Below, piece after piece: positions 10,741 through 23,916 of a DNA stretch of 64,000 nt; positions within the stretch are counted from its first letter, which is position 1; every line of letters starts with the position of its first letter. A model generated the notes under the pieces. It saw only the letters and a program-made list of their open reading frames with translations. It was not told the DNA's origin and did not search any database. The translations under genes were made by a program, and so were the position numbers. The stretch is from Deltaproteobacteria bacterium TL4 (GTDB taxonomy: Bacteria > SAR324 > NAC60-12). Where the stretch lies: NCBI GenBank assembly GCA_051382335.1, contig JBBCAX010000010.1:11955-75954 (forward strand). The letters run 5' to 3'.

Positions 10741-11055
10741 ATGAGTATCGAACCTACCTTGGTTGATAAAGATGTCTCTGACAATCAAATGCCAACTAAC
10801 TCAACTCCTTTAGCTAGTAACATTCTTTCAAATGAAGTCGCAGCCTCCATTCCAACTTCTAAAGATAAATTGATTGTAAAAGTGTACGGTTTGATTGGTT
10901 ATACCCGATATATAGACTTACAATTTGATTCGGAACATGTTGTTCCCGAAAATATTTTTGTTTTTGAAAATAAAAGGTATAAAATTGCATCCGTTATAGA
11001 AATGAAGGCAGGAGAATATGCGGTAAACGCAGTCTCCGTTGAATACAGCACCTAA
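10741..11055 (+). CDS. hypothetical protein
   Basis: 104-aa ORF with RBS aaaaggtcgttATG; 3' end overlaps the convergent der gene by 4 bp; no recognisable domain. Confidence 0.4.
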   Translation: MSIEPTLVDKDVSDNQMPTNSTPLASNILSNEVAASIPTSKDKLIVKVYGLIGYTRYIDLQFDSEHVVPENIFVFENKRYKIASVIEMKAGEYAVNAVSVEYST

Positions 11056-12428
11056 TTCTTTTTACGCCTCACGCTGGTACCTACTTTGTTTTCCTCTCCC
11101 TTTTTGCGCCATATTATTTCCAAAGGCGTCCCTTGAAATCCAAAATGATATCTTAGCTGATGGATGACATATCTTTCATAGGTAGAATTGATTTTTTCAG
11201 GATAATTTATTTTGAACACAAAAGTTGGAGGCTCCGCTGATACTTGAGTGGCATAATAAATCTTAGTAGGTCTTCCAGCTCTGGAGGGAGGTGGATGATG
11301 ACTGAATATTTCATCAAGTATCATATTCAAATCAGCGGTTTGAATTCGCCGTACATATTGCTCATATACTTTTTTTACCAAACGAATCACTTGATCCGCA
11401 TTTTCTCCACTCTTGGCACTGACAATGATTATAGGAGCATAATCGATAAACTTTATTTCTTCATAGATATCCTTTTTTATTTTTTCCAGGAACGATTTCC
11501 CTGAACTTTCTAACAAATCTCCTTTATTAAGAACGATAATCATTCCCTTTTTTCTTTCACCTATATATCCGGCCACTTTCAATACTTGATCGGTTACTCC
11601 CTCAGAAACATCGACCACCAACAAAACAATATCTGCCCTTTCAATTGATTTTAGAGCGGAAACAATACTGTATGTTTCTACTTTTTGGGTTACCTTGCCA
11701 CGTTTACGAATTCCTGCTGTATCAATTAACAGATATTTTTGACCTTGATATGAATAGAGGCTATCAATTGAATCCCGCGTTGTACCAGCTGCTGCATCAA
11801 CAATCATACGTTCCTCACCCAGGATAGCATTAACCAGTGAGGACTTGCCCGCATTTGGTTTGCCAACAACAGCTAACGATATAAATTCATGTTTCTGATT
11901 TTCATTTTCATTTTCCGATTCTAAGGAAACACATGCAGAAATGTCTTCCAATAATTGCTCTATTCCTGTTTTATGTTCACAGGAGATAGGATAGATGTTC
12001 TCAACGCCCAGTTTATAAAATTCATAGCTTTCTTGAAATATTCTCTGATTATCAACTTTATTTACCAGTAAAAATAGAGGTTTTTCCTTTTTAACCAACC
12101 AACGATACAGTTCCTCATCCTCTTGCTTCCAACCTAGCTGACCATCAACCATAAACAGAACCACATCCGCTTCATCCACAGCCAATTCTGACTGTTTACG
12201 CATATGAACCTTGAGGGCTTCATTGCTTCCTAAATCGAAACCTCCCGTATCTATCAGAATAAATTCATAGCATCCATACTTGATATACCCATAGTTTCGG
12301 TCTCGAGTGACACCAGGCTGGTCTATAACAATTGCGGTACGACGTCCCTTGAGTCGGTTGTAAAACGTTGATTTACCAACATTAGGACGACCAACAATAG
12401 CTAATACAGGTGTGTTTTTATTTGGCAT
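11052..12428 (-). CDS. der: ribosome-biogenesis GTPase Der (EngA)
   Basis: 458 aa; two tandem G domains (GRPNVGKST..DTGG and GKPNAGKSS..DTAG, NKxD boxes) plus C-terminal KH-like domain. Confidence 0.9.
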   Translation of the reverse strand: MPNKNTPVLAIVGRPNVGKSTFYNRLKGRRTAIVIDQPGVTRDRNYGYIKYGCYEFILIDTGGFDLGSNEALKVHMRKQSELAVDEADVVLFMVDGQLGWKQEDEELYRWLVKKEKPLFLLVNKVDNQRIFQESYEFYKLGVENIYPISCEHKTGIEQLLEDISACVSLESENENENQKHEFISLAVVGKPNAGKSSLVNAILGEERMIVDAAAGTTRDSIDSLYSYQGQKYLLIDTAGIRKRGKVTQKVETYSIVSALKSIERADIVLLVVDVSEGVTDQVLKVAGYIGERKKGMIIVLNKGDLLESSGKSFLEKIKKDIYEEIKFIDYAPIIIVSAKSGENADQVIRLVKKVYEQYVRRIQTADLNMILDEIFSHHPPPSRAGRPTKIYYATQVSAEPPTFVFKINYPEKINSTYERYVIHQLRYHFGFQGTPLEIIWRKKGEENKVGTSVRRKKN

Positions 12429-12441
12429 GAATTCTTACGGA

Positions 12442-15931
<3,490 letters not shown>

Positions 15932-15938
<7 letters not shown>

Positions 15939-17062
15939 TCAATCCGTAATGGCATGACCACTGCCAATGAGTGAGCATCCTCAGGATCCTTAATGATACA
16001 AGGACTCATTGGATTTTTTAACTCTATCTGGATCCTTTCACCGTTAATAACCGCTAACGCATCTAATAAATACCTGGCATTAAAGCCTATCTGAAAATCC
16101 ACCCCCTTATAGTCCACAACAAGCTCATCGCTTACCTCTCCATACTCTGCTTTTTCACTCTCCAGCGTTAAAAGACCTTCTCTTAGAGTAAACTTGACCG
16201 GCTTTAATTTCTCACTACTTATTGAAGAGACAATCCTTAAGGAATTAATGAAATATTCCTTATTCATGGTAACAATCAATTCATTATCTTTGGGTATAAT
16301 CGGATCGCAATTGGGAAACTTTCCTTCAATAAGACGTGTTTTAAATGAAATATTGGCCCCCGTGAACTGCAACGTACGATCATCAAACGAGATTTCTATG
16401 TCTTCATCAAATAACTCAATGGCCTTTCTTACTTCAGCTAAAGCCTTTCTTGGAATAATCACTTCTTTAGCCTCAACATTATTGATTTCCTTAACCGGTA
16501 TTATGACTTGCGCCAACCTGTGACCATCTGTTGCTAACCATCGGGTAGTTCCCTTATGCTCATCCAAGGATAAACAGACTCCCATCAGATTTCTTCGCGA
16601 TTCGTTTGTTTGAGCAGCATACAAGGTTGAATCAATACATTTTTTCAAAGTTTCCGGATTTAAAACTACTTTTTCAGGTAATTCCTCCAATATGGTTTGG
16701 GGATATAAACCCACTTCAACGGAAGGCAGCCTTAGCTCAGATTTACCACTCGTTAAATGAATCCATAATTGTTCTGTTGACTTGATATGGATGTCCTCAC
16801 CCAAAAACTCCTTACAGATATCATGGACTTTTCGCGCGCTGATACAAATACTTCCTGTTTCTCTAACTTCTGCCGGAAATTTTTCAATGATTGACAATTC
16901 ATAATCCGTTGCTGAAAATTCAACCATTTGATCTTCTTTACTTCCTATTGTCCGAAGTAAAAAATTAGAAAGAATAGGTTTAACAGAACTTTTATCAATG
17001 ATGGATATGATATTGTGAAGAGCATTTCTTAATACTTCTTTTCTTATTTTTATATCTAACAT
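15932..17062 (-). CDS. dnaN: DNA polymerase III beta sliding clamp
   Basis: 376 aa; three-domain clamp length; canonical position upstream of recF-gyrB. Confidence 0.88.
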
Positions 17063-17613
17063 TTTTCCTTTATTTAGTAGTAATAGTGTTCGGTAAATGT
17101 TTGTAACTATGTCAGTGTACTAAAATCATTGGCTAAATTTGAAACAATTGATGTTCGTAATGTTGATTATCTTTTGTGAATTAACATCCCTTCATCCAAA
17201 CCTTAGCTAAAACGTCAATCTTTGTGTCAATACAAAGGTCAAAATGTTCATAAGACTCCAAATAATGTTCAGATAATGTTTGCTTGATTACAGTTTAAAG
17301 TTTGTTCAGCTTAAGAGTCACCAGGCATAAAAAAACAAAATTCCGTGCGGCGCCGTAATAAAACAGAAACGATACCTGCCATTACTAGCCTAAAGTGCAT
17401 CAAATCGTAAATTTTATCAACTCGTTTTTTTTATATTTTTTCGTATTTTTTAAAAAAAAGTCAAAATTATGGAGGACTCTGTGATAAGGTTCGGACATAT
17501 TTCCGTTCATCCATTGAGGAATATCATCTTGGGAGTTCTTGTCTCATGCAAGCAAAAACTGAAGAGATGTGGGTGTTGGGAAAATGAAAACAGCCTCACT
17601 TCAACCTCTTCAG
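17063..17613. promoter_or_regulatory. dnaN upstream intergenic region; candidate origin-proximal/regulatory DNA
   Basis: 550-bp non-coding gap with AT-rich tract 17420-17465 (ttttttttatattttttcgtattttttaaaaaaaag) and five (T)AATGTT motifs between 17151 and 17282; no dnaA gene present. Confidence 0.3.
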
Positions 17614-18600
17614 TTAATTGGACCAAGCGTCAAGTAATGTTTTTGCGGCGCGAGTTGGCAGGTTTTGTCCTTCAATTACGGATTTTTCCATAGCAGGGAT
17701 GAGAGACTTAACTTTTGGGTGTTGACGAAAACGTTGTTTCAATTCGTCTTCGACGAGTGCCCACATCCAATCATAGGCTTGGAGTTGACGCTGTTTTTGC
17801 CACTCTCCTGCTATCTGGGTTTTGACACGATAAGCAGAGATAGTCTTCCATAATTCGTTCAGTCCCGTCTTTTGCAATGCGCTGCAAAGCTGAACTTTGG
17901 GAGACCAGGATACTTTTCGAGGTTGGAGTAAATGAAACGCGTTTTGATATTCTTTTTGGGCAAATTGCGCATTTTTCAAATAATCCCCATCCGCTTTGTT
18001 GATCAGAATTAAATCAGCCATTTCCAAAATGCCTTTTTTAATCCCTTGCAATTCATCTCCGGCATTGGGCAGCATCAAGGCGATAAACATATCAACCATT
18101 GACGCGACCAATGTTTCAGACTGACCCACACCGACTGTTTCGACAATAATCACCTCATAACCCGCAGCTTCGCAAACCAGCATGGATTCACGAGTGCTGC
18201 GGGCAACTCCTCCTAACGCCCCCCCTGAGGGGGTTGGACGTATGAAGGCTTTGGGGTGTCGGGAGAGTTCGGCCATACGGGTTTTATCACCCATGATGCT
18301 TCCCCCTGTAATAGGACTGCTGGGATCAATGGCCAATACAGCAACTTGATACCCTTGCTCTATAAGATAGAGTCCAAAAGCTTCGATGAAAGTACTTTTA
18401 CCAACACCAGGTACTCCTGTAATTCCCAAGCGAATGGCGTTCCCTGTTTCCGGCAGTAAGGCTTCCAAAATCTGCTGACCTTGCTGGGCATGTTCTGGTA
18501 AGGTACTTTCCAACAAGGTGATTGTTTTTGCTAAAAACCGTCGGTTGCCTTCCTTCACTTTTTGAACATAATCCTCTACGGCTTTCTTCATGCCGTCCAT
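17614..18600 (-). CDS. meaB: methylmalonyl-CoA mutase-associated GTPase MeaB (ArgK family)
   Basis: 328 aa; P-loop GVPGVGKST, switch Dxx[15 protein letters not shown] box; 13-bp overlap with the upstream mutase gene. Confidence 0.85.
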   Translation of the reverse strand: MDGMKKAVEDYVQKVKEGNRRFLAKTITLLESTLPEHAQQGQQILEALLPETGNAIRLGITGVPGVGKSTFIEAFGLYLIEQGYQVAVLAIDPSSPITGGSIMGDKTRMAELSRHPKAFIRPTPSGGALGGVARSTRESMLVCEAAGYEVIIVETVGVGQSETLVASMVDMFIALMLPNAGDELQGIKKGILEMADLILINKADGDYLKNAQFAQKEYQNAFHLLQPRKVSWSPKVQLCSALQKTGLNELWKTISAYRVKTQIAGEWQKQRQLQAYDWMWALVEDELKQRFRQHPKVKSLIPAMEKSVIEGQNLPTRAAKTLLDAWSN

Positions 18601-20741
18601 CGTTTTTCAATGGCCTTCATCACTTCTTGCGCTGCTTTGGGAATGGGGGTTCCTGGTCCAAAAATGCAGGTCACGCCTTTGTCATAAAGAAACTCATAAT
18701 CTTGAGGCGGAATTACTCCTCCCACCACAACCATGATATCATCACCGGCGTCTTGTGCTTTCAAAGACTTGATCAATTCAGTAACCAACGTTTTGTGTCC
18801 TGCTGCCTGGCTGGAAACACCAATCACATGGACATCATTTTCAATGGCCTGACTGGCGACTTCTTCAGGAGTTTGAAAGAGCGAGCCGATATCTACGTCA
18901 AATCCAAGATCCGCAAATGCGGTTGCAATCACTTTAGCGCCTCGGTCATGACCGTCCTGCCCCATTTTTGCGACAAGAATCCGAGGTCGCCGTCCTGCCT
19001 TTGTGGAAAATTTTGAAATTTGCACCCGAATTTTTTCAAACTCGGAATCTTTATCAAATTGACGGCCATATACTCCGGAAATCGAGCGAATGGGAGCATT
19101 ATAACGACCAAAGTGTTTTTCTAAGGCCTTTGAAATTTCCCCAACGGTCGCTCGTGCGCGAGTTGCTTTGATCGATAAATCCAACAAATTGCCATCACCT
19201 TTCTCCGCCGCATGAGTCAAAGCCTCCAAACACGCTTGAACCTCAGCGTTATTTCTGTTTTTCCTGATTTGCTTCAAACGAGCGATTTGTGCTTCACGGA
19301 CAGCAGAATTGTCAACTTCACGGATTTCAAAGGCATCTTCTTCTTTAAGGCGATATTTATTGACGCCGACAATCACTTCTTTTCCTTGATCAATTAAACT
19401 TTGACGACGGGCAGACGATTCCTCAATACGCATTTTAGGCATTCCTGACGCGACCGCTTTGGTCATTCCTCCCAAATCGTCCACTTCTTTCATCAACGCT
19501 CTCACTTCTTTGACAATGGATGCGGTCAAGCTTTCCATAAAATAGGATCCGCCAAAGGGGTCAATTACTTTGGTGATTCCGGCTTCTTCCTGAAGAATCA
19601 ACTGGGTATTTCGAGCAACCCGGGCTGAGGTATCCGTCGGCAAAGCCAGCGCTTCATCAAAAGCGTTAGTATGGAGAGACTGAGTCCCACCCAGAGTTGC
19701 CGCCAGGGCTTCAATCGTGGTTCGGATGATATTATTGTAAGGATCTTGTTCTGTTAAACTCCAACCGGAAGTCTGACAGTGGGTGCGGAGTTTCATGGAC
19801 TTGGAGTCTTGAGGATTGAATCCTTTGATCAACTCGGCCCATAAAAAACGAGCCGCTCTCAGTTTGGCGATTTCTATGTAAAAGTTCATTCCAACACCAA
19901 AAAAGAAGGACAATCTTGGTGCAAAATTATCAATTTTCAAGCCTTTGGTGATTCCCAAACGAGCATATTCCAAACCATCAGCAAGGGTAAACCCTAATTC
20001 CTGCACCGCATTTGCGCCCGCTTCCTGCATGTGGTATCCACTAATACTGATGGAGTTGTATTTGGGCATCTTCTGACTGGTGTATTCAAAAATATCCGCA
20101 ATGATTCTCATTGAGTGTTCTGGAGGATAGATATAAGTATTCCTCACCATGAACTCTTTCAAAATATCATTCTGAATGGTTCCAGATAGTTTTTCCTGAG
20201 AAATACCCTGTTCTTCTGCCGCAACAATGTATCCTGCGAGACAAGGCAGTACCGCTCCATTCATTGTCATGGAAACAGAGGTATGATCCAGAGGGATCTG
20301 ATCAAACAGAATTTTCATATCTTCCACGGAGTCAATCGCAACTCCGGCTTTTCCGACATCTCCGATGACTCTGGCATGATCAGAATCGTAACCCCTGTGC
20401 GTGGGCAGATCAAAGGCGACACTGATGCCTTGTTGTCCGGCGGCCAGATTTTTTCTATAAAAGGCGTTGGATTCCTCCGCGGTCGAAAATCCCGCATATT
20501 GCCGAATAGTCCAAGGACGTACCGTATACATGGTTGCTTGAGGACCTCGCGTGAAGGGGAAAATCCCGGGTAAGGTGTTGATCGCTTCTAAGTGTTCCAA
20601 GTCTTCCATCGTATAGAGCGGCTTTACTTCAATGCCTTCCGCTGTTTTCCAGTGAAGACTCGAAAGTTCTTTTCCGCCCAGCTCTTTGCTAGCCAACTTC
20701 TTCCACTCTGAAAGAGAAGGAGTGTAATCCGAATCTGACAT
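18588..20741 (-). CDS. scpA: methylmalonyl-CoA mutase, large (alpha) subunit
   Basis: 717 aa; TIM-barrel substrate domain ([25 protein letters not shown]) and C-terminal B12-binding domain with DxHxxG ([11 protein letters not shown]). Confidence 0.9.
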   Translation of the reverse strand: MSDSDYTPSLSEWKKLASKELGGKELSSLHWKTAEGIEVKPLYTMEDLEHLEAINTLPGIFPFTRGPQATMYTVRPWTIRQYAGFSTAEESNAFYRKNLAAGQQGISVAFDLPTHRGYDSDHARVIGDVGKAGVAIDSVEDMKILFDQIPLDHTSVSMTMNGAVLPCLAGYIVAAEEQGISQEKLSGTIQNDILKEFMVRNTYIYPPEHSMRIIADIFEYTSQKMPKYNSISISGYHMQEAGANAVQELGFTLADGLEYARLGITKGLKIDNFAPRLSFFFGVGMNFYIEIAKLRAARFLWAELIKGFNPQDSKSMKLRTHCQTSGWSLTEQDPYNNIIRTTIEALAATLGGTQSLHTNAFDEALALPTDTSARVARNTQLILQEEAGITKVIDPFGGSYFMESLTASIVKEVRALMKEVDDLGGMTKAVASGMPKMRIEESSARRQSLIDQGKEVIVGVNKYRLKEEDAFEIREVDNSAVREAQIARLKQIRKNRNNAEVQACLEALTHAAEKGDGNLLDLSIKATRARATVGEISKALEKHFGRYNAPIRSISGVYGRQFDKDSEFEKIRVQISKFSTKAGRRPRILVAKMGQDGHDRGAKVIATAFADLGFDVDIGSLFQTPEEVASQAIENDVHVIGVSSQAAGHKTLVTELIKSLKAQDAGDDIMVVVGGVIPPQDYEFLYDKGVTCIFGPGTPIPKAAQEVMKAIEKRWTA

Positions 20742-20752
20742 ATGCCTCCTTT

Positions 20753-21760
20753 TTACAATGGTGTTTTGATTTGTTGTTCAATATAGGTTTTTACCAATTC
20801 TTCTTGATCTTCATAAGTGATGACTTCAAAGGCCTGAGGCTTTTCCTGACGCATCTTGTGGTATAAAGACATACCCCAGCGACCAAACTCATCCCGGACC
20901 CACTTTTCCAGATAAAAGGTCTCCTTCCTTTGTTGAGTCACTGCCGTTTTTTCTGTTTCGGCCAACTGAATCAGATAACGGACAAGTGGATCAATGCCAC
21001 GTTGTTTGGTGGCACTGGTTAAAAAGATAGGATCCTGAATATTCGAAGTCTTTACGGAAATTTTGGCATTCTTCAAACTGGACTCAAGCAAATGGTAACT
21101 TTTTTTTGCCAGAGCTTCTTCGTCACATTTGTTGATAATGAACGTATCAGGAATTTCCATAATGCCGCATTTCATAAACTGGATTTGATCTCCAGTCAAG
21201 GGTTGAAGTACTAAACATGTATGGTCACTGACTTTTTGGATTTCAATTTCACTTTGCCCGATTCCAACCGTTTCAATGAAAATAAAATCAAAAAAGAAAC
21301 GCAATAACCGAGTCACCTGAAAGGTTTGCCGACTGACCCCTCCTAACTCCAGATTAGAAGCTTGGGAACGAAAAAACATGCGTTTTTCCTGGATTGGAAA
21401 GTTGACTCGAGTCCGGTCACCCAAGAGGGATCCTCCTGACAGGTGACTGGACGGATCTACCGCGATCACCGCAACAGAGAATTCCGAATAGGATTTTAAC
21501 AAATGAAGGCAAAGCTCTCCAATCAAACTGGATTTTCCTGAGCCTGGAGAACCAGTGAAGCCCACAATATACGCCGTTTTAGGAAAAAGCGAGCGGTACT
21601 GATCTAAATAACGCACAATCTGATGCCGTTCTTTTCGTTGTTGGGAATGCGTCCCTTCAAAGATGGAAATCAAACGAGCCAAAGGCCACTTTTCCAGCAA
21701 TCGGCTTTTTTCCAATAACGCTTCGAGTTGAGGTGAGAGTTGCTCTCTGGTTGTCATCAT
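20753..21760 (-). CDS. second MeaB/ArgK-like G-protein chaperone
   Basis: 335 aa; P-loop [22 protein letters not shown] box; paralogous to 17614-18600. Confidence 0.7.
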   Translation of the reverse strand: MMTTREQLSPQLEALLEKSRLLEKWPLARLISIFEGTHSQQRKERHQIVRYLDQYRSLFPKTAYIVGFTGSPGSGKSSLIGELCLHLLKSYSEFSVAVIAVDPSSHLSGGSLLGDRTRVNFPIQEKRMFFRSQASNLELGGVSRQTFQVTRLLRFFFDFIFIETVGIGQSEIEIQKVSDHTCLVLQPLTGDQIQFMKCGIMEIPDTFIINKCDEEALAKKSYHLLESSLKNAKISVKTSNIQDPIFLTSATKQRGIDPLVRYLIQLAETEKTAVTQQRKETFYLEKWVRDEFGRWGMSLYHKMRQEKPQAFEVITYEDQEELVKTYIEQQIKTPL

Positions 21761-21771
21761 AACCGCTTGAT

Positions 21772-23802
21772 TTAGACACTGTCCTTCGACTCATTGTTGC
21801 TGGAGAGGACGACATCCATGATCCCCTCCATAACTTCCATTAAATCAAAATCCTTAGGTGTAAAGATTTTTTTAATTCCTTTTTCCAACAACGATTCGAA
21901 ATCGTGGTTTGGAATAATCCCTCCCAGGATTACAGGAATGGCCTCTTTGGCTCCATAACTGTCCAAATCTTCCATCAGTTGACTAACAATTTCGTTATGA
22001 GACCCTGAAAGCAGTGAAATGCCAATCACGTCCACATTTTCTTCAACGGCGGATTGAACTATTTCTGAGACGCTCAGGCGGATACCAAAATAAATAACAT
22101 CAAAGCCACAATGACGAGCGGCAACCGCAATCATTTCCGCACCGTTGGAATGACCATCCAAGCCGGGTTTGCCCACTACAATCCGGGGGCGATGTCCATA
22201 AGCCTGAATGAATTGTTCGACCTTTCGACGTACTTTTTCTGTCCCTTCATTTTCAATTTGTAAGGATTGCCCTTCTACTCCTGTGGGAGGCCGAAATTCC
22301 CCAAAAACGTTACGGAGTGCGTCAGACCATTCTCCTGTAGAGACTCGCGCTTTAGCACATTCAATCGAGGCTTCCATCAAATTAACTCCCTTTTGGGCAT
22401 CCTCCTTCAAACGTAGCAAACACGCTTTAACTCGTTTTTCATCCCGTTGGCGTTTTGTATTTTCCAGGGCGGCAAGCGTCTGGCTCGCAGCCTCAAGGTC
22501 GACTTTAAACACTCCTCCGTCTTGTCCCTCCAGTAAAGGCGAGGGGATTGCCTCAGTCCACATATTACGTCCAACGACAATCAATTCTCCATTATTGATT
22601 TTTGAGATCCGAGTCGATTGAGAGGCCACCAGTTGGGATTTCATATAACCGGATTTAACGGCTTCAATACCTCCGCCCATCTCCTGGATTTTATCAATTT
22701 CCTTGCGAGCATCTTTCTTCAATTGAAGGACTTTTGAGGCAATAACAGGGGAGCCGTCAAAAATATCAGGGTATTCCAAAAGGTCTGTTTCGTAGGCCAT
22801 AATTTGCTGTAAACGCAAAGACCATTGTTGATCCCAAGGGCGGGGCAAGGAAAGTGCTTCATTCCAGGTCGGTAATTGTAATGCGCGACAGCGGGCATTT
22901 CTGCTTAAAGTCACGCCAAGGGATTCCAGAATGATTCGCCAGGCATTGTTTTCGGGCTGTTCTTCCGATAATCCGAGAGAATTCACCTGAACACCATAGC
23001 GAAAAAGCCGATATTTCGGATTTTCAACTTGATAACGTTCCTGGCAAATTTCATCCCACAACTCGGTGAACGCCCGCATTTTACACATTTCTTCAATAAA
23101 ACGCATCCCTGAATTCACAAAGAAGGACATTCGTCCGACGCAGCGTTCAAAATCCTCTTTTCCAAAACATCCGCGTTTTTGAATCGCGTCCAGAATGGTT
23201 ATGGCGTTGCACAGCGCAAAGGCCAGTTCCTGAACCGGGGTGGCTCCTGCCTCTTGTAAATGGTAAGAGCAAATATTGGAAGGATTCCAGTTTGGGATGT
23301 GATCCAGGCAATATTCATACATGTCAACGGTCAAACGAATGGAAGCCTCAGGAGGAAAAACATAGGTTCCCCGTGCCAAAAATTCTTTCATTAAATCATT
23401 TTGAGTGGTTCCTTTTAAGGTGGTTGGGACCATTCCCTGTTCTTCGGCCAAGGCCACATAAAGCGCCAGTAACCACATGGAGGTTCCATTGATGGTCAAG
23501 GAAGTGTTCATTTGATCCAAAGGAATCTGATCAAACAAAATCTTCATATCGTCCAACGTATTGATGGGGACTCCAACCTTACCAATTTCAGGACGCGCGA
23601 GGGGGTGGTCGGAACTGTAACCACATTGAGTTGGCAGATCAAACGCAATGCTTAAGCCAGTCTGTCCTTTGGCCAAATTTCCGCGGTAAAGCTCATTGGA
23701 GGCTTTCACATTGGTATGCCCGGCATAGGTTCTGAAAATCCATGGGCTGTCTTTGGTGGGATGGTTCTCTTTATCGACCAGTACATGGGCGGATTTTGTC
23801 AT
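21772..23802 (-). CDS. second cobalamin-dependent acyl-CoA mutase (MCM family, specificity unknown)
   Basis: 676 aa; mutase barrel (RTYAGHT, LSIAFDLPTQCGYSSDH) plus B12-binding domain with DxHxxG (GLDGHSNGAE); lacks about 60 N-terminal residues relative to the neighbouring MCM. Confidence 0.75.
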   Translation of the reverse strand: MTKSAHVLVDKENHPTKDSPWIFRTYAGHTNVKASNELYRGNLAKGQTGLSIAFDLPTQCGYSSDHPLARPEIGKVGVPINTLDDMKILFDQIPLDQMNTSLTINGTSMWLLALYVALAEEQGMVPTTLKGTTQNDLMKEFLARGTYVFPPEASIRLTVDMYEYCLDHIPNWNPSNICSYHLQEAGATPVQELAFALCNAITILDAIQKRGCFGKEDFERCVGRMSFFVNSGMRFIEEMCKMRAFTELWDEICQERYQVENPKYRLFRYGVQVNSLGLSEEQPENNAWRIILESLGVTLSRNARCRALQLPTWNEALSLPRPWDQQWSLRLQQIMAYETDLLEYPDIFDGSPVIASKVLQLKKDARKEIDKIQEMGGGIEAVKSGYMKSQLVASQSTRISKINNGELIVVGRNMWTEAIPSPLLEGQDGGVFKVDLEAASQTLAALENTKRQRDEKRVKACLLRLKEDAQKGVNLMEASIECAKARVSTGEWSDALRNVFGEFRPPTGVEGQSLQIENEGTEKVRRKVEQFIQAYGHRPRIVVGKPGLDGHSNGAEMIAVAARHCGFDVIYFGIRLSVSEIVQSAVEENVDVIGISLLSGSHNEIVSQLMEDLDSYGAKEAIPVILGGIIPNHDFESLLEKGIKKIFTPKDFDLMEVMEGIMDVVLSSNNESKDSV

Positions 23803-23916
23803 GTTAACTCCTGAACTCTATATCCTGAATCTTAATAATAACTGGTCAGTGGGAGATTTGATTTTAATAAACTGAGTAAAATCATTGCTTAACTCTTCTC
23901 TAAGAACTCAAGCACC

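Noticed and set aside
17063-17613. Canonical DnaA boxes (TTATCCACA/TGTGGATAA)
   Set aside because: No perfect or one-mismatch box clusters were found by eye. Only the (T)AATGTT repeats and an AT-rich tract are present, so an oriC call is not made as a feature.
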